Shown: positions 14,792 through 30,594, counted from the stretch's first letter. The stretch is DNA of 64,000 nucleotides from Eledone cirrhosa (GCA_964016885.1 OZ024743.1:355384001-355448000), one strand, 5' to 3'. Notes: a model not told the origin generated them from the letters alone. Translations and numbers: made by a program.

Positions 14792-17700
14792 CCTCAACAA
14801 AGCTGGAATTTACCAGAAATGGATTAACTCAACACCGATAGTTTTACCATGTAAATTCCAAATAAAGCATATTACAAACGAACCTGAACCAGAAAGAAAA
14901 GTCCGTGAACAAATGTCACTCAACAGGATAAACATGGAAATAGAACTCCTAAAATTAAGGGCCACCTCCAACGAGCAAGATTATAAGGATACTGATAAAA
15001 ATATGGAGGAAGAATGCACTAAAAAGGCCGAGGGAACAACCCTACAAAATTTAATCAAATCGTGGAAACAGGACTGCGAGAATGCAGAAATTATTTCCCT
15101 TAAACGGTGGGAAAAATCCGAAAACTGGTTCCTCAAATATGAAGAAGACTTTAAAAGGACGCACCAAACAGGTAACCCCTTTATAAAGCATTTGAACATA
15201 ACAAGAACTACAACAGACACATTTACACCACCAAACCAAACACACACTAACCACAGGCACATCCCCCACCAAGACAAACCAAATACGGCCAACTACACCA
15301 AAAGAAACACACCCAACCACCACAACACAAGTTTCCGTAGAAATACCTCCTACATAAACCAACGACGAAATAACATAGATCCAACTCACAACACACACAC
15401 CACATTCCTCAGAAGAAATCCACCCAGACCACTTGAAATCACAACAGAACTTACCCACAACCACACCAGACATCACCCTCAATCCAACAAAAGACAACCC
15501 CCCAACCTCAACACTCTGTACCACAGAAATAACGCACCCAGACCACATGAACCAACAACAGAACCCTTGCTCATTAACAACCACAACACATACCACCCCC
15601 ACCATCACATTCACCCTCATGAAACAACAAGCTACAGACCCACACGCAACAGACCCACAAAATATAATCACACACAAAACTACATTTCTTTTTTAGGGAA
15701 AAGCCTGAAATACCAGGATACTCGATCCCCCCCCCCCCCCTCAGGAGAAACCAAAAATAATCAACCTCTCAAAGACACCTCTAACCAACACACAAATCAA
15801 CATTTTAAGTAAGGGCCTGAAATTTACACCTACACCATGTAAACCAAACTTCCCCGAAATGAACGATGACATCATAGAATTCTGCCGAAAGCTGCGACTA
15901 ACGGAATTCTTCCACAACGACACCAACACTGAAGACGAATCACTGGTTAGAAATAAAATCAATTTCTGCCCACAAAAGGGAAGAAATAAAGCATTGGACA
16001 CGTACTGCGAACACATCACCAACTTTCCCTATGAAAAAATTACAAGTAAACACACGAAATCAAACCTATCTACACACGAATGGGAAGAATTATTCACACT
16101 TAGAAACAACCCTGAGATAACTATCAAAGAAGCCGATAAAGGCAGTACTGTTGTCATTATGAATACGGACTACTATAGGACCCTCGCACTTAACATTTTA
16201 GAAAACAACACATACTATGAAAAAACAGAAAACTACAAACACACCAAAACAATGGGGAACCTTTTGACCTTACTGAATAAATACCGCAACAGCTTAACCA
16301 CAAAAGAGTTTAACTATATAACCCACTTCAAATGCAATACAAGCTCTTTTTACGGCTTACCGAAACTCCACAAATGTAAACCCATAAACGATACATGTGA
16401 CACCTCAACCAACAATTACATTGAACTAACACCACCAGAAGACCTAAAACTCAGGCCAATTATAGCAGGCCCTACATGTGAAACCCACAGACTTAGCAAC
16501 TTTCTGGACATCCTACTGAAACCCTTTCTACAACATATACAGAGCTACATACGAGATGACCTTGACATGCTGAAACACCTCCCTAAAACAGTAAGTGAAA
16601 ATACAATTCTTGTCTCCTTTGACGTAATAAACCTCTACACAAACATACCACACAACTATGGAATAACAGCAGTCCAATACTGGCTGAACACACACCCATC
16701 AGAAATACCGACACGCATCAACAAAGATTTTATCACTGACACATTCAATGGTTCAACATACAGACAAGTATCAGGTACTGCAATGGGCACGAAAGTAGCA
16801 CCCACATATGCCAACCTAGTCATGGGATTCCATGAACAACAAATATACAGTCAGTCCCTCTCTTATTTGGAGACTCTTTCCACACACACCTCAAAGCCAA
16901 TTGGAAAAGATATCTAGACGACTGCTTTATCCTATGGCAAGAAGACATGAACTCACTTACTATGTTTAAAAACATGATAAACAACATAGATAATAACATA
17001 CAATTCACAATGGAATCCAATCCCAAGGAATTAGCCTTCTTGGATTTTCTCATCTCTAATAGACGGGAAATTAGATACAGATATATTCTATAAACCCACA
17101 GATTCCAAGCAATACCTCTTTTTCACATCAAGTCACCCAAAACATACAAAACTTAACATTCCTTACAATTTGGCCAAACGTATATGTACCATAGTATCAG
17201 ATCCACCTAAACGGGAGCAAAGACTAAAGGAACTAAAAGACACCCTTATCTTAAGAGCCTTTCCACTTGAAATAATCAACAATGGAATAGACAGGGCAAA
17301 ACACCTAAATCCCCATCAACTTAACAATCCAAAACAGAAAACCACACTCAACACCCTGCTATATGTATCCACTTTCAACCCCAGAAATACCGAAATGTTT
17401 GATCACCTACACAAAAACCTCCCCATCCTACTTAAAGATGTAAAAATGAAGTCTATTCTTGAAACACACAAGATCCTTAAAAGTAAAAGACAACCCAAAT
17501 CACTAAAACGCATTCTCACTGGACCAAATATACCCAAACCAACCCTCAACCCTACAGTTACCAAATGTGGTAGAACAAACTGTGGAACGTGCCTCTACCT
17601 CACTGAAGGACAAAAATTTACATTTAAAGATGGCCAAACATTTACAGTAAAAAACAATTTCACCTGCAACTCGGAGAACTTGATTTACGCAATAACTTGC

Positions 17701-17959
17701 GATGGGTGCAAACACAACTACATAGGACAGACGGGCACCTCATTACGCAAAAGAATGACCATCCACCGCCAACAAATCCGGGACGCTAACACAAGAAAAA
17801 TCCCCTTGAGCAGCCATATTGCGAACTGCGCAGGAATGACACTACCCAACTTTAAAATCTTCCCCTTCTACAAGTGCTCAGATTCGTTCACACAGCAACA
17901 AAGAAAATCTATTCCTTAACAAATTTAAACCAAAACTAAACGGGTTATCACCCCAATAG
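14792..17959 (+). pseudogene. Disrupted PLE ORF (N-terminal region, reverse transcriptase, thumb, Cys linker, GIY-YIG endonuclease)
   Basis: ORF pieces 14778-15812, 15859-16917 and 17170-17919 join through frameshifts (poly-C ~15730, ~16860, ~17050, ~17900). Confidence 0.9.
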
Positions 17960-18764
17960 AATTGTCATAAAATATAAACACACATACGCACGGAGTGACA
18001 GATACGTGTGTGTATGTGTGCATGTATATAATTATCACTACTATTAAAGACCAGAGACCAATTCTGTAGAATCAGGTTTATTCGTTGACAGACCATGCCT
18101 TTGTGTGACCAACACATCCATGTTAAACCCTGCACGTGCACACACATATATCTATATATATATATGCGCACACAGAATTCACCACTGTCGGTTGCGGGGT
18201 CCAATCTACATGAAGAACTCAATGTGATCAGAATGACTTGTATTTTAATTTCACTGTTCTAACTTCTCATATTATGGAAAAAATATGTGTATGTATGTAT
18301 ATATGTATATTTGGAGGCCATTTCTCTATATGTGTGGGTGTATGTATGTGTATGTGTGTGTGTGTGTATGTGTGTGCATATGGATGTATGTATGTGTATG
18401 TATGTGTGTGTGTGTGTGTGTGTATGTGTGTATCTGGATGTATGTGTATGTATATATATGTGTGTGTGTGTGTATATATATGTGTGTGTATGTGTATATA
18501 TGTGTGTGTGTGTTTGTATGTGTGTATGTATATATGTGTGTGTGTATGTATGTGTCTGTGTGTATATATATATATATGTATATATGTGTATGTACATATA
18601 TATATATATATGTGTGTATGTATGTGTGTGTGTGTGTATGTATGTGTGTATCTGGATGTATGTGTATGTATATATATGTGTGTGTGTGTATATATATGTG
18701 TGTGTGTGTATATATATATGTGTGTGTATGTGTGTATGTATATGTATGTGTGTGTGTATGTATG

Positions 18765-18829
<65 letters not shown>

Positions 18830-19207
18830 ATGTATATGTATATGTATGTGTGTGTGGATTTGGGTATATGTGTATATATAGGTGTAAGTGCACTAAATCC
18901 CTTTCTATCAATCTCCCCTCTCCTACCGACCACATGGAGATATATGTATGTATATTGCTTCCACCCCCTCACTGACCAGCAGCTGGCCATCTGGCCATTG
19001 CTAAATCTGACCTTTTAAAAAAAAAACTTTTTTAAAAACCACTCCCCACAAATAATTCCTCATTCACTGCCAGAAAGGGACACACAGCAGTCAACTTGCT
19101 GCTACCAAGATGAAAACCACTATGAAATCCCACACTGAATTTTATACTTGAATTTTCAAATCTCAAATTTTAACTCTTCTTATTATTAATTTTTCTTAAT
19201 ATTAATC

Positions 19208-19256
19208 AACATTTGAAAAGATGGCTTTTGCAGACCCATCGAAACCGGTCATTGTT
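19208..19256 (+). ncRNA. pLTR hammerhead ribozyme with U3:A8 core; copies at 12723-12770 (+) and 14692-14739 (-)
   Basis: AACAT-TTGAAAA-GATGG..CCATC-GAA-ACCGGT-C-ATTGTT. Confidence 0.75.
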
Positions 19257-19392
19257 TTTACCCTTTATTCTTTCCTTACCTTATAAAATATGTGTTTTTT
19301 CACAAAAAAGTATTCTGTCTCTTATATATTCCATGTGCCATTACCAACCTCAATTTTCTCTATAACCTTCGTTTTGTGTAGAAACTTACACT

Positions 19393-19443
<51 letters not shown>

Positions 19444-20468
19444 TTTATTTATATTCTCCAAAATGGCTGACTGACTGCACACGTGCTATTTCTGAAAAAC
19501 CTTTTTCCGTTCCTTCCTCTTCTCCCTCTCTATCTTTCTATTTTATCTTATATTTCTAACATCTGATGAAGAACTAGTGTCCGAAACGTAAAAATTATTT
19601 CCTACTATATCAAGCGTTAAACTGATATATGTCTTCATTGTACTGTGTTGTTTGCTTTGTTGTTTCCCTACATCTGGGTTTCCTGCCGTTTAGATTTACT
19701 CGTAAAATCTGGTCCAAGATTCTTGCCTGAGACATTCTAGCCCCACGTCCGTAATATCGGAGTTGTGGTCTCTTTCAATAAATATGTATATGTGTGTGTG
19801 CGTGTCTTTGTATTTGTGTGTCTGTGTGCACATATGCATATATGTGTATCCGTCCAGAATTAACACATGCGATAAACAAATGTCACATAAAAGCTGAGAA
19901 GAAGAACTCTTTGAGATTTTCCTCTCCTTAGCTATCTACTGGGTGTCTTTGTAATTTCCGGTGCATCAATAATCCCAAAAGAAAGATGGCTGTTCAAGAT
20001 AAAAATACAATAAATATGAGACAAAATCCCAACGGCACAGTTCTAGGACTTGTCGACCAATTGAGCAGGGAAACAAGACATAACATGTACGTACTCATAC
20101 GGGATATGAAAGTTCCTACAATAACAAATGCATAAAAAAAACTCGTCATAAAAAGGAAGACAACCATAGCGGATATAAAAATGTTGTTGTGAATTATTTC
20201 GAGCAATAGCCCGATAACAAATGATAGTGAGAGAAAGAAGAAACAAAACGAAGTGATAAAATTCAACAGTCGCTATACAAAAAGAGTGAAAGATGGGCAT
20301 GATTTTAAGGTTGTAAGACAGCAACACATGGGAAACTCGAAGAATACAGAAAAGTTGGAGAAGACGGGGTCGATAAAATAAAGTACTAGTCATGCATTGG
20401 AGGCGATCTAATTAGACTTTCCCATCCCAACAAAGGATTGCTGGCCTTGTACCTAAATCAGAATCCAT

Positions 20469-20491
<23 letters not shown>

Positions 20492-20499
<8 letters not shown>

Positions 20500-20863
20500 A
20501 GATCAAAAGATGGTTAAAGGAGTTCCATATATTTTATTATGCGCATTTCAAAAACAAACATCATCAAGCAATAATATTTGTGTTTTCATCAGATAAAACA
20601 GGAGAACATGATATGAAGGCTAAAAAACACTTGTGGATAGTGCAGTTTTAAATCAACATATCATGTTCTCCTGTTTTATCTGATGAAAACACAAATATTA
20701 TTGCTTGATGATGTTTGTTTTTGAAATGCGCATAATAAAATATATGGAACTCCTTTAACCATCTTTTGATCTTATATTATGCATACTCCAGTCCCACAAA
20801 CTGTAGAGTGCTTCTTATCCGATATCTGCATTGCTTTATTGTACTACAATAAAACTCACCTCC

Positions 20864-20866
<3 letters not shown>
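20492..20866. mobile_element. Fold-back PLE-type end: inverted repeat 20492-20780 with two HHRs (20532-20598 -, 20674-20740 +) and an ~86-nt tail
   Basis: TTTTAT-CTGATGA-AAACACAAATATTA..TGATGTTTGTTTTT-GAA-ATGCGCAT-A-ATAAAA. A non-folded family member lies at 51245-51420. Confidence 0.9.
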
Positions 20867-21936
<1,070 letters not shown>

Positions 21937-21953
21937 TATATATATATATATAT

Positions 21954-22184
21954 AGTGAAAAGATAACAAGGACGATTGGTTACTCCTTCATTACATTTAT
22001 TGGTTGATGACGCGCGTTTCGCCACTGATCAACTCAAGGTTCGATCTGTATCGATCTTACCCAACTCTGTATTCTGCGGCTCGTCGGACCCCTTGTAATA
22101 TTAGTAGAAAATATACTTTTCTCCTAACATTACAAGGGGTCCGACGAGCCGCGGATTACAGAGTTGGGTAAGATCGATACAGAT
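21954..22184 (-). mobile_element. PLE-type end with HHR (22006-22090, CCGACGA core) and inverted repeat 22044-22184
   Basis: Minus strand reads GGT-CCGACGA-GCCGC..GTGGC-GAA-ACGCGCGT-C-ATC. Confidence 0.75.
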
Positions 22185-22802
22185 TGTACTGGGATAGATG
22201 TTACCAGGTGCTACTGGTAACATGTATCCCAGTACAACCTGTCTCATGGTCGGGTCGTTGGCGACTAAACTGGCAACCCCACCAAGATTTCTTGGTGAGG
22301 AGGGTGACTTTGGACATCCTGCAGGACTAAAAACAAAACCTGTCAAAGGGCAAAGGAGCTCTTAAGAGTCAATGGCCATCCAAAATCACCGGGAGAGATG
22401 ACCCCTTAGCCTTTGTCAAGGCAGAATTCTAGGAGAAGGAAAACTCTGATATAACACCTGCAACCCTGATGGTATCCAATGATGTTGACTTGTTCTTCTT
22501 TTTGGTAAATATCATCTTGGTTAAGAGAGTGGGACTGGCTTTTTGCAGTGCCTTTGCTCACTATAAAAGCTTCACGGCACAGGCATTGCTTTATATCTGG
22601 AGATCTCTCTGCACTTGTCGTCGGGTGGTACCATGGGCCCAGCACTATGTGTCAATAATTGTCACAAGTGTAGTGTTTGTACCAGAGTTTTCAAGTCGCT
22701 GGCTGGACTAAAAAGTCACACTCGTTCAGTGCATCAGTAGGGGTTCTCCTACATGGATATAAAGTAGTGGCCGTACTCGAAAACGAGTTGGCAGCCACCA
22801 TG
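22185..22802 (+). mobile_element. Non-autonomous RTE-derived element (~610 bp); near-identical inverted copy at 62199-62804
   Basis: RTE-like 5' motif GGAGAAGGAAAACTCTGA. Terminal C2H2 remnant CSVCTRVFKSLAGLKSHTRSVH* at 22660-22740. The second copy ends in (ATGT)n. Confidence 0.75.
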
Positions 22803-22897
22803 TCATGAAGAAGTGAAGAATAACACGGATAAGCTATACAATAGGGTTTATTCCAGATATAAACAAATGATTAATTGGCTCAGTGTGTCTAAAAATC

Positions 22898-22942
<45 letters not shown>

Positions 22943-23072
22943 CATATTTATTGCTAGCTAAATTAACTATAGGGATATAAAATGTACGAAAACCAACCTT
23001 GACACCAAGCAGTGAGTGCATTTTATTATATGTTCCAGGCAATATTATAACAATATGACCCTCCCCAAGTAT

Positions 23073-23130
<58 letters not shown>

Positions 23131-23813
23131 GCATATATATATATGTATGTATGTATGTATATTGTAGTTAAGTGTTACTCTGGAGTTTTACCTGTGTACT
23201 CATAAGATCATCAGGCTAGGCAAGTCTTTTCTGGTGGTCTTCTGACTTCACAGAATAAAAAAACTCATCACTTAGTCATAATAACAAATATTTAAACTCT
23301 ACTTCGGTATTTAGTACTCATTTGACGTCCGTTAATATCACATGGATATATATATATATATAGTATGTACCCGCACATTCACACACCTGTATATAGATAT
23401 GTACTCAAACACACAAACATGCATATAGATAAACCTCCAGGTAAAAGTGCGTCTGTATATGTGTGTGTGTGTGCGCGTACATCTGTACGTGTGTATGTGC
23501 GTGGGTGGGTGCGCGTACTTCTGTATGTGTGTCTGTGCGTGGGTGTGTGCCCGTACTTCTGTATGTGTGTGTGTGTGTGTGCACGTACATCTGTATGTGT
23601 GTGTGTGTGTGTGTGTATGTGTAAGAAATCCGACGATGTTATTAATTCAACTACTAATTACATGTACCCATTGTTTCCCTGTTGACTTTCCTTCTCAGTA
23701 AACTGATGTCTAAATTAATGTTTAAGCCTTCAAGTTTTCCCACACGATATTGGAATAAATTTTAATAAGCAAACTGAAACCAGCACCACCAGCACCGCCA
23801 TTAGCTCCAACAC

Positions 23814-25098
23814 CACCACCAACAACAACAACATCATTACCACACCAGCAACACGACCCCCACCACAAGCATCACCACCACCACCAACAACATCATTAGC
23901 ACACCAGCAACACGACCCCCACCACAAGCATCACCACCACCAACAACAACATCATTACCACACCAGCAACACGACCCCACCACAAGCATCACCACCAACA
24001 ACAACAACATCATTACCACACCAGCAACACGACCCCCACCACAAGCATCACCACCACCAACAACAACATCATTACCACACCAGCAACACGACCCCCACCA
24101 CAAGCATCACCACCACCAACAACAACATTACCACACCAGCAACACGACCCCCACCACAAGCATCACCACCAACAACAACAACATCATTACCACACCAGCA
24201 ACACGACCCCCACCACAAGCATCATCACCACCAACAACAACAACATCATTACCACACCAGCAACACGACCCCCACCACAAGCATCACCACCACCAACAAC
24301 AACATCATTACCACACCAGCAACACGACCCCCCACCACAAGCATCATCACCACCAACAACAACAACATCATTACCACACCAGCAACACGACCCCCACCAC
24401 AAGCATCACCACCACCAACAACAACATCATTACCACACCAGCAACACGACCCCCACCACACAAGCATCACCACCAACAAAAACAACATCATTACCACACC
24501 AGCAACACGACCCCCCACCACAAGCATCACCACCACCAACAACAACATCATTACCACACCAGCAACACGACCCCCCACCACTAGCATCACCACCACCAAC
24601 AACAACATCATTACCACACCACCAACACGACCCCCACCACAAGCATCACCACCACCAATAACAACATCATTACCACACCAGCAACACGACCCCCACCACA
24701 CAAGCATCACCACCAACAAAAACAACATCATTACCACACCAGCAACACGACCCCCCACCACAAGCATCACCACCACCAACAACAACATCATTACCACACC
24801 AGCAACACGACCCCCCACCACTAGCATCACCACCACCAACAACAACATCATTACCACACCACCAACACGACCCCCACCACAAGCATCACCACCACCAACA
24901 ACAACATCATTACCACACCAGCAACACGACCCCCACCACAAGCATCACCACCAACAACAACAACATCATTACCACACCAGCAACACGACCCCCACCACAA
25001 GCATCACCACCACCAACAACAACATCATTACCACACCAGCAACACGAGCCCCCACCACAAGCATCACCACCACCAACAATAACATCATTTCCACCCCT
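23814..25098. repeat. Minisatellite of ~56-63 bp units (~21-22 copies) with a 240-bp higher-order duplication
   Basis: Unit AACAACAACATCATTACCACACCAGCAACACGACCCCCACCACAAGCATCACCACCACC. Variant blocks at ~24430 and ~24670 are identical. Confidence 0.95.
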
Positions 25099-25252
25099 AT
25101 CGCCAACACCACTGTTGCTTACTAATATAAACCCATTCGAAATTAGATGTGTGACGTGGGTGGACATGTAGTATGTCATTGACTGTACACATTTTGGCGT
25201 CATTCACACATACAGCAACAGCACCACCACCAACTGCTGTAGTAGTAGTAGC

Positions 25253-25318
<66 letters not shown>

Positions 25319-25533
25319 TGTAGTAGTAGTAGTAGTAGTAGTAGTAGTTTTTAACGGCAATAGCACAGCCGTCGGATCTCGATCCTTTATAACACATATA
25401 CTGTATATATATATATATATCGAACTTTCTTTCCTCTATCCAATATAAAGCGTGAAACTGATAAGGCTGTTTGTCCCTTTGATACTGGTCTCCTTGAGAT
25501 ATATATACTGTGTATATATATTTTAATATAGAA

Positions 25534-25715
25534 GAGCTTCTACAGGACTAGAACTGTTTCATTCGTGAGAAATTATCAGGAGTTCCTGATGATTTCTCAC
25601 GAATGAAACAGTTCTAGTCCTCTAGAAGCTCGCTCTCCTATATCAAAACATTTATACTCTGCTATCTATTGAGTACCTTACTTAGTGTGGTTACCTCCGA
25701 TTCAACCCGAAATAG

Positions 25716-25720
<5 letters not shown>
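25534..25720. mobile_element. Fold-back of two HHRs (palindrome 25534-25631) plus tail
   Basis: AGTTC-CTGATGA-T-TTC TCAC GAA-T-GAA-ACAG..CT(G/C)T-A-GAAGCT. Confidence 0.8.
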
Positions 25721-25768
<48 letters not shown>

Positions 25769-25844
25769 AGGCATATATAATATACAGGCACTCGCCCATA
25801 CACATCTATCTCCCTGTCTAATTACCTATCTATATTTACTTATT

Positions 25845-25911
<67 letters not shown>

Positions 25912-26200
25912 CACCTCATTCAGATCATGGTGCAGTCTACGCCTGGTGAAATATATTCCGGTTCAAATACACTATATTGCTTCGCCCGGGACGATGGGCT
26001 GATAGTCTTGTTCGTTCGTTATGTGTGTCTTGTGTTTCTTTCATGTTTCGTGGTTCAACTTAGCTATACGTACATTACATAATGCATACATACATACATA
26101 CAATTACACTCATTCATGGACCAACACACATACACATGCACACACACACACACATACACGCACACACATACACACACACATACACACACACATACACACA

Positions 26201-26289
<89 letters not shown>

Positions 26290-26290
26290 G

Positions 26291-26813
26291 AACAAATAGA
26301 AAGGAAACATTTTTTTACAGTAGAAAATGTTGAAGAGATTCTTTCAGTGAAATATCAAAACATTAATTGATTTACAATACTGGTTTCAGCATTGTCAATT
26401 GCGGATATGCAGAATATTGTTAAGTTGCATATTTGTACAAATAATGGTAATAATAATAATAAAAACATAACCAAGCTATTAAAAGAGAAGGATGGACAGA
26501 GAAATGAACTCTCTTCTCTGAATGAACATGTATGTGAAAATTAATTTTTCTACCCATTTTTGTTATTATTATTACCACTATTAAAGTACCAGTAATGCAC
26601 TGGGTAATTGCTGGCCTTGTGCCTAAAGTAGAAACAATTATTACCACTATTTGTACGAATATGCAACTTAACAATATTCTGCAATCCGCAATTGACAATG
26701 TATTTAATGCTGAAACCGGTATTGTAAATAAATTAATGCTTTGATATTTCACTGAAAGAATCTCTTCAACATTTTCAACAGAAAAAAATCTTTTTCCTTT
26801 CTACTATTTGTTT
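26291..26813. mobile_element. Spaced inverted repeat (26291-26443 / 26648-26813); right arm has a U3:A8 HHR at 26688-26725; a SINE tail lies in the spacer
   Basis: GCAA-TTGACAA-T-GTAT TTA ATGC-T-GAA-ACCGGT-A-TTGT. Confidence 0.8.
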
Positions 26814-26869
26814 ATATATATATATATATCAACTCGTGTGTTTATTTTCTACATTCGATATATACATAT

Positions 26870-27372
26870 ACATATGTGGTTGAGAGGAAGAGCAAAGCCT
26901 GTGCGGTTTGTTACAGTTTGAGATCGGTGTGTCAGTCGGAACTTCGTAATGACCGGAAGATCCGACTGTTCGTTGCTACAGTGGAGTCTGTGCTACTGTA
27001 CGGGTCTGAAACTTGGACACTGACCAAGAAACTCAGATGGTGGATGGGCGCTAAACGAGAATGCTGAGGATGGCTCTGAACATTAATCAGTACACACTGA
27101 GGATGAAGAACTCAAAGCTGTACGGGAGCCTCCCAAAATCAGCACGAAAGTAACACAGAGGTGACTAAAGTTAGCTGGACATGCTCACCGACATTCGGAG
27201 TAAACATTGTACTCAGTGCTCCTGTGGGAGCCCCTACACAGACACACTAGAAGAGGGAGACCAAGGATGACATATATTGATGCTCTAAGGAGACGCAGGA
27301 CATGGTGGCGATGATGAAGGACAGAGACTGCTGGAGAATTCGTCCATGGATCTCGGGAATATTGCACCGCCC
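26870..27372 (+). mobile_element. RTE-clade LINE 3' fragment, degenerate
   Basis: KIRLFVATVESVLLYGSETWTLTKK..MLRMAL..LAGHAHRH..VLLWEP..RGRP. Confidence 0.85.
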
Positions 27373-27465
27373 TATATAGATAGACATATATTAGAAGTAA
27401 CTACGTTAATGACGACTAGCTCGTTAACAACAACAGTAACAACACCAAGAAGAAGAAAAAGAAGA

Positions 27466-27468
<3 letters not shown>

Positions 27469-27546
<78 letters not shown>

Positions 27547-27580
27547 GGTGGTGGTGGTGGTGGTGGTGGTGGTGGTGGTG

Positions 27581-27641
<61 letters not shown>

Positions 27642-28660
27642 GAGCGGGAGAATGAGGAAGAACAACAAGTGGGTATTTAAGAAGAAAAGGAAGATAAAGA
27701 TGAAGTAGAACAATAACATCATCATCATCAACAATAACATCATCATCATCATCATCAACAACATCATCATCATCATCATCATCATCAACAACAATAACAT
27801 CATCATCATCAACAATAACAACTATAATAACAGTCACAACAACAATAATAAGCACTAACACAAAGATGAGTAAATAAGAAATGGAAATAAAAATAACAAG
27901 AAAAACGACAACAATAACACCAGCATACAATAACTGTCACTGTAAGGATAATAACAGGAAAAGGGAACTACGACAACAACAACAACAACAACAACAACAG
28001 TAACAACAACAACAACAACAACAGTAACAACAACAACAACAATAACAGCAACAACAACGACAACGACAACATTAACAACAACAGCATTAACAACAACAAC
28101 AATAACAACAACAACAGCAGCAACAACCACATGAACAACAACAACAACAACAGCAACAACAGCAACAATAACAACAACATTAACAACAACGACAACAACA
28201 ACTATAAAGACAAAAACAACAATTACAACAACAACAATTACAACAACAACTATAAAGATAAAAACAACAACAATTACAACAACAACTAAAAAGACAAAAA
28301 TAACAACAACTACAACAACAACTATAAAGACAAAAACAACAACTACAACAACAACTATAACGACAAAAACAACAACAATTACAACAACAACTATAAAGAC
28401 AAAAACAACAACCACTACAACAACTATTACTACATGAGTTACAACAACAATTACAACAATTTCTGTTACTACAACAACAGCAACAACAACAATAATAACA
28501 ACAACAATAAAGACAATAACAACAATAACAACAACGCCAACAAGACAGACAATAACAACAATAACTGTTACTACAACAACAACAATAACAACAGCAGCAA
28601 CAATAACAACAATAACTGTTACAACAACAACAACAACGACAACAACAACAACAATAAAGA
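27469..28660. repeat. Compound trinucleotide tract: (TAG)n, (TGG)n, (CAT)n, (CAA)n
   Basis: Seen directly. Confidence 0.95.
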
Positions 28661-28781
28661 CAGCCGCATCGGATGCAATTTCTAAGAGTATTTATAAAAT
28701 TTGAATTTCATAATATTAGAGAAACCAATTACTGTAATATTATGGAAATAATGAAAACGACGCGCGTGCTGATGTGATATG

Positions 28782-28851
<70 letters not shown>

Positions 28852-28933
28852 GTATCTGTGTCAGTTTATACGATGTATGCATATATGTAGATGTGTGTAT
28901 ATAATATATATATATATATATAAATATATATAT

Positions 28934-28972
<39 letters not shown>

Positions 28973-29076
28973 ATTGGCAGATATATGTAAATGAAGTATA
29001 TGCACATATAATTAAATTTATTAAGCGGATATTTGTCTAAGTATGTTGAGTTTTAAACAAGTAATTAAATATGTTC

Positions 29077-29138
<62 letters not shown>

Positions 29139-29451
29139 CCATGGACTGAGTGCACTAACACTACGGATATTACCTTCCAGTGTTCTACCTATCTCTCCTT
29201 CTCTTTCTCTCTCTTTCTCTCTCTCTCGCTCTATATATATATATACATATATATATACATATATATGTATGAAGTTAGTTCCACAACTTATTAGCAAACC
29301 ATCTTCGAGGACACGTGTTTCACCCAATAAACACACACACATATATATATATATGTGTGTGTGTTTATTGGGTAAATCGACCAGATATACAGTCAACTAA
29401 ACAGAATTAGGTGTAAAATAAACTAGAAGAAAAGTGTACATATTTAATGAC

Positions 29452-29526
29452 CTCTACCATGGTTTCGTCCGCATTTTAAGACATCCGATAACATGGGATA
29501 TCTAGAGCTTCGGATTCTTCAGGAGT
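29452..29526 (-). ncRNA. Type I hammerhead ribozyme with extended stem II
   Basis: CTC-CTGAAGA-ATCCG..AGATATCC/GGATGTCT..CGGAC-GAA-ACCATGGT-A-GAG. Confidence 0.8.
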
Positions 29527-30195
29527 TAGCTCAAATTTAGACAATTAATTTTCCAAAGTGATCGCGCCAAGAATACATTCAAAAATGGCTAAGAATCGTG
29601 ACGTGGTAGCGGTCAAGTTAGAAATGATGTGATTAGTTACTTACGGCTGGTAGGCTTTTTGCTAGAAAGCGCAGCCCGATACAGCCGAATTGTATCTCAT
29701 CCTAACGGGAGATTATTCCATATAAAGGTTTACATATATATATATATAAAGTCATAGATATATATGTGTTTTGCAACGGGTCACGTTGTGGCTCAATGAA
29801 GAATTGATAAATTAGTTTATTTTACACCTAATTCTGTTTAGTTGACTGTATATCTGGTCGATTTATACATGCTGTCGAAATATTCGATAAATACTCCGTC
29901 GTAACCGCCGCGAAGGGGCTGCTTTCAGTTATTTGTCGAAGATTTCTTCATAGGAGCCTTTATTCTTATAGATTGATCTAATTGATTTTTTATATGGTTA
30001 ATTATGCTAATTGTGAGAGGAAACGGTATATATTTTATCTGGTGATTCTATAGAAATGTTTTATAATATATAGCTCTGATTATTTAATTTATTAATTCTT
30101 CATTGAGCCACAACGTGACCCGTTGCAAAACACATATATCTATGACTTTATATATATATATATGTAAACCTTTATATATATATATATATATATAT

Positions 30196-30594
30196 GACTT
30201 GGACACTGACCAAGAAACTCACTCAGATGGTGGATGGGTGCTACACGATGGGTGCTACACGAGAATGCTACACGAGAATGCTGAGGATGAAATGCTGAGG
30301 ATGAAAAACTCAGAGCTGTGTGGGTGCCTCCCAAAAATCACCTCAAAAGTGACACAGAGGAGACTGAGGTTAGCGGGACATGCTCACCGACATCCAGAGT
30401 TGACATTGCACTCAGTGCTTCTGTGGGAGCACCTATATGGACACACTGGAAGTGGAAGACCAAGGTTAACCTATGTTGATGCCCTAAGGACAGACACTGG
30501 TCTGTTGGAGACGCAGGACATGGCAGCGATAATGAGGGACAGAGACCGTTGGAGAGAACTCGTCCATGGATCTCGGGAATTTTACCCGCCCTAG
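30196..30594 (+). mobile_element. RTE-clade LINE 3' fragment, same family as 26870
   Basis: DGCYTRML..RRLRLAGHAHRHPE..VLLWE..GRPRLTYVDAL..MRDRDRWR. Confidence 0.85.

Noticed and set aside
22660-22740. Host C2H2 zinc-finger gene
   Set aside because: A single finger at the 3' end of a dispersed repeat duplicated at 62.2 kb, which fits an RTE ORF C-terminus.
23814-25098. CRISPR-like array or repeat protein (WWGSCCWCGND)
   Set aside because: Contiguous tandem units with no unique spacers, frame-breaking length variation, and a eukaryotic context.
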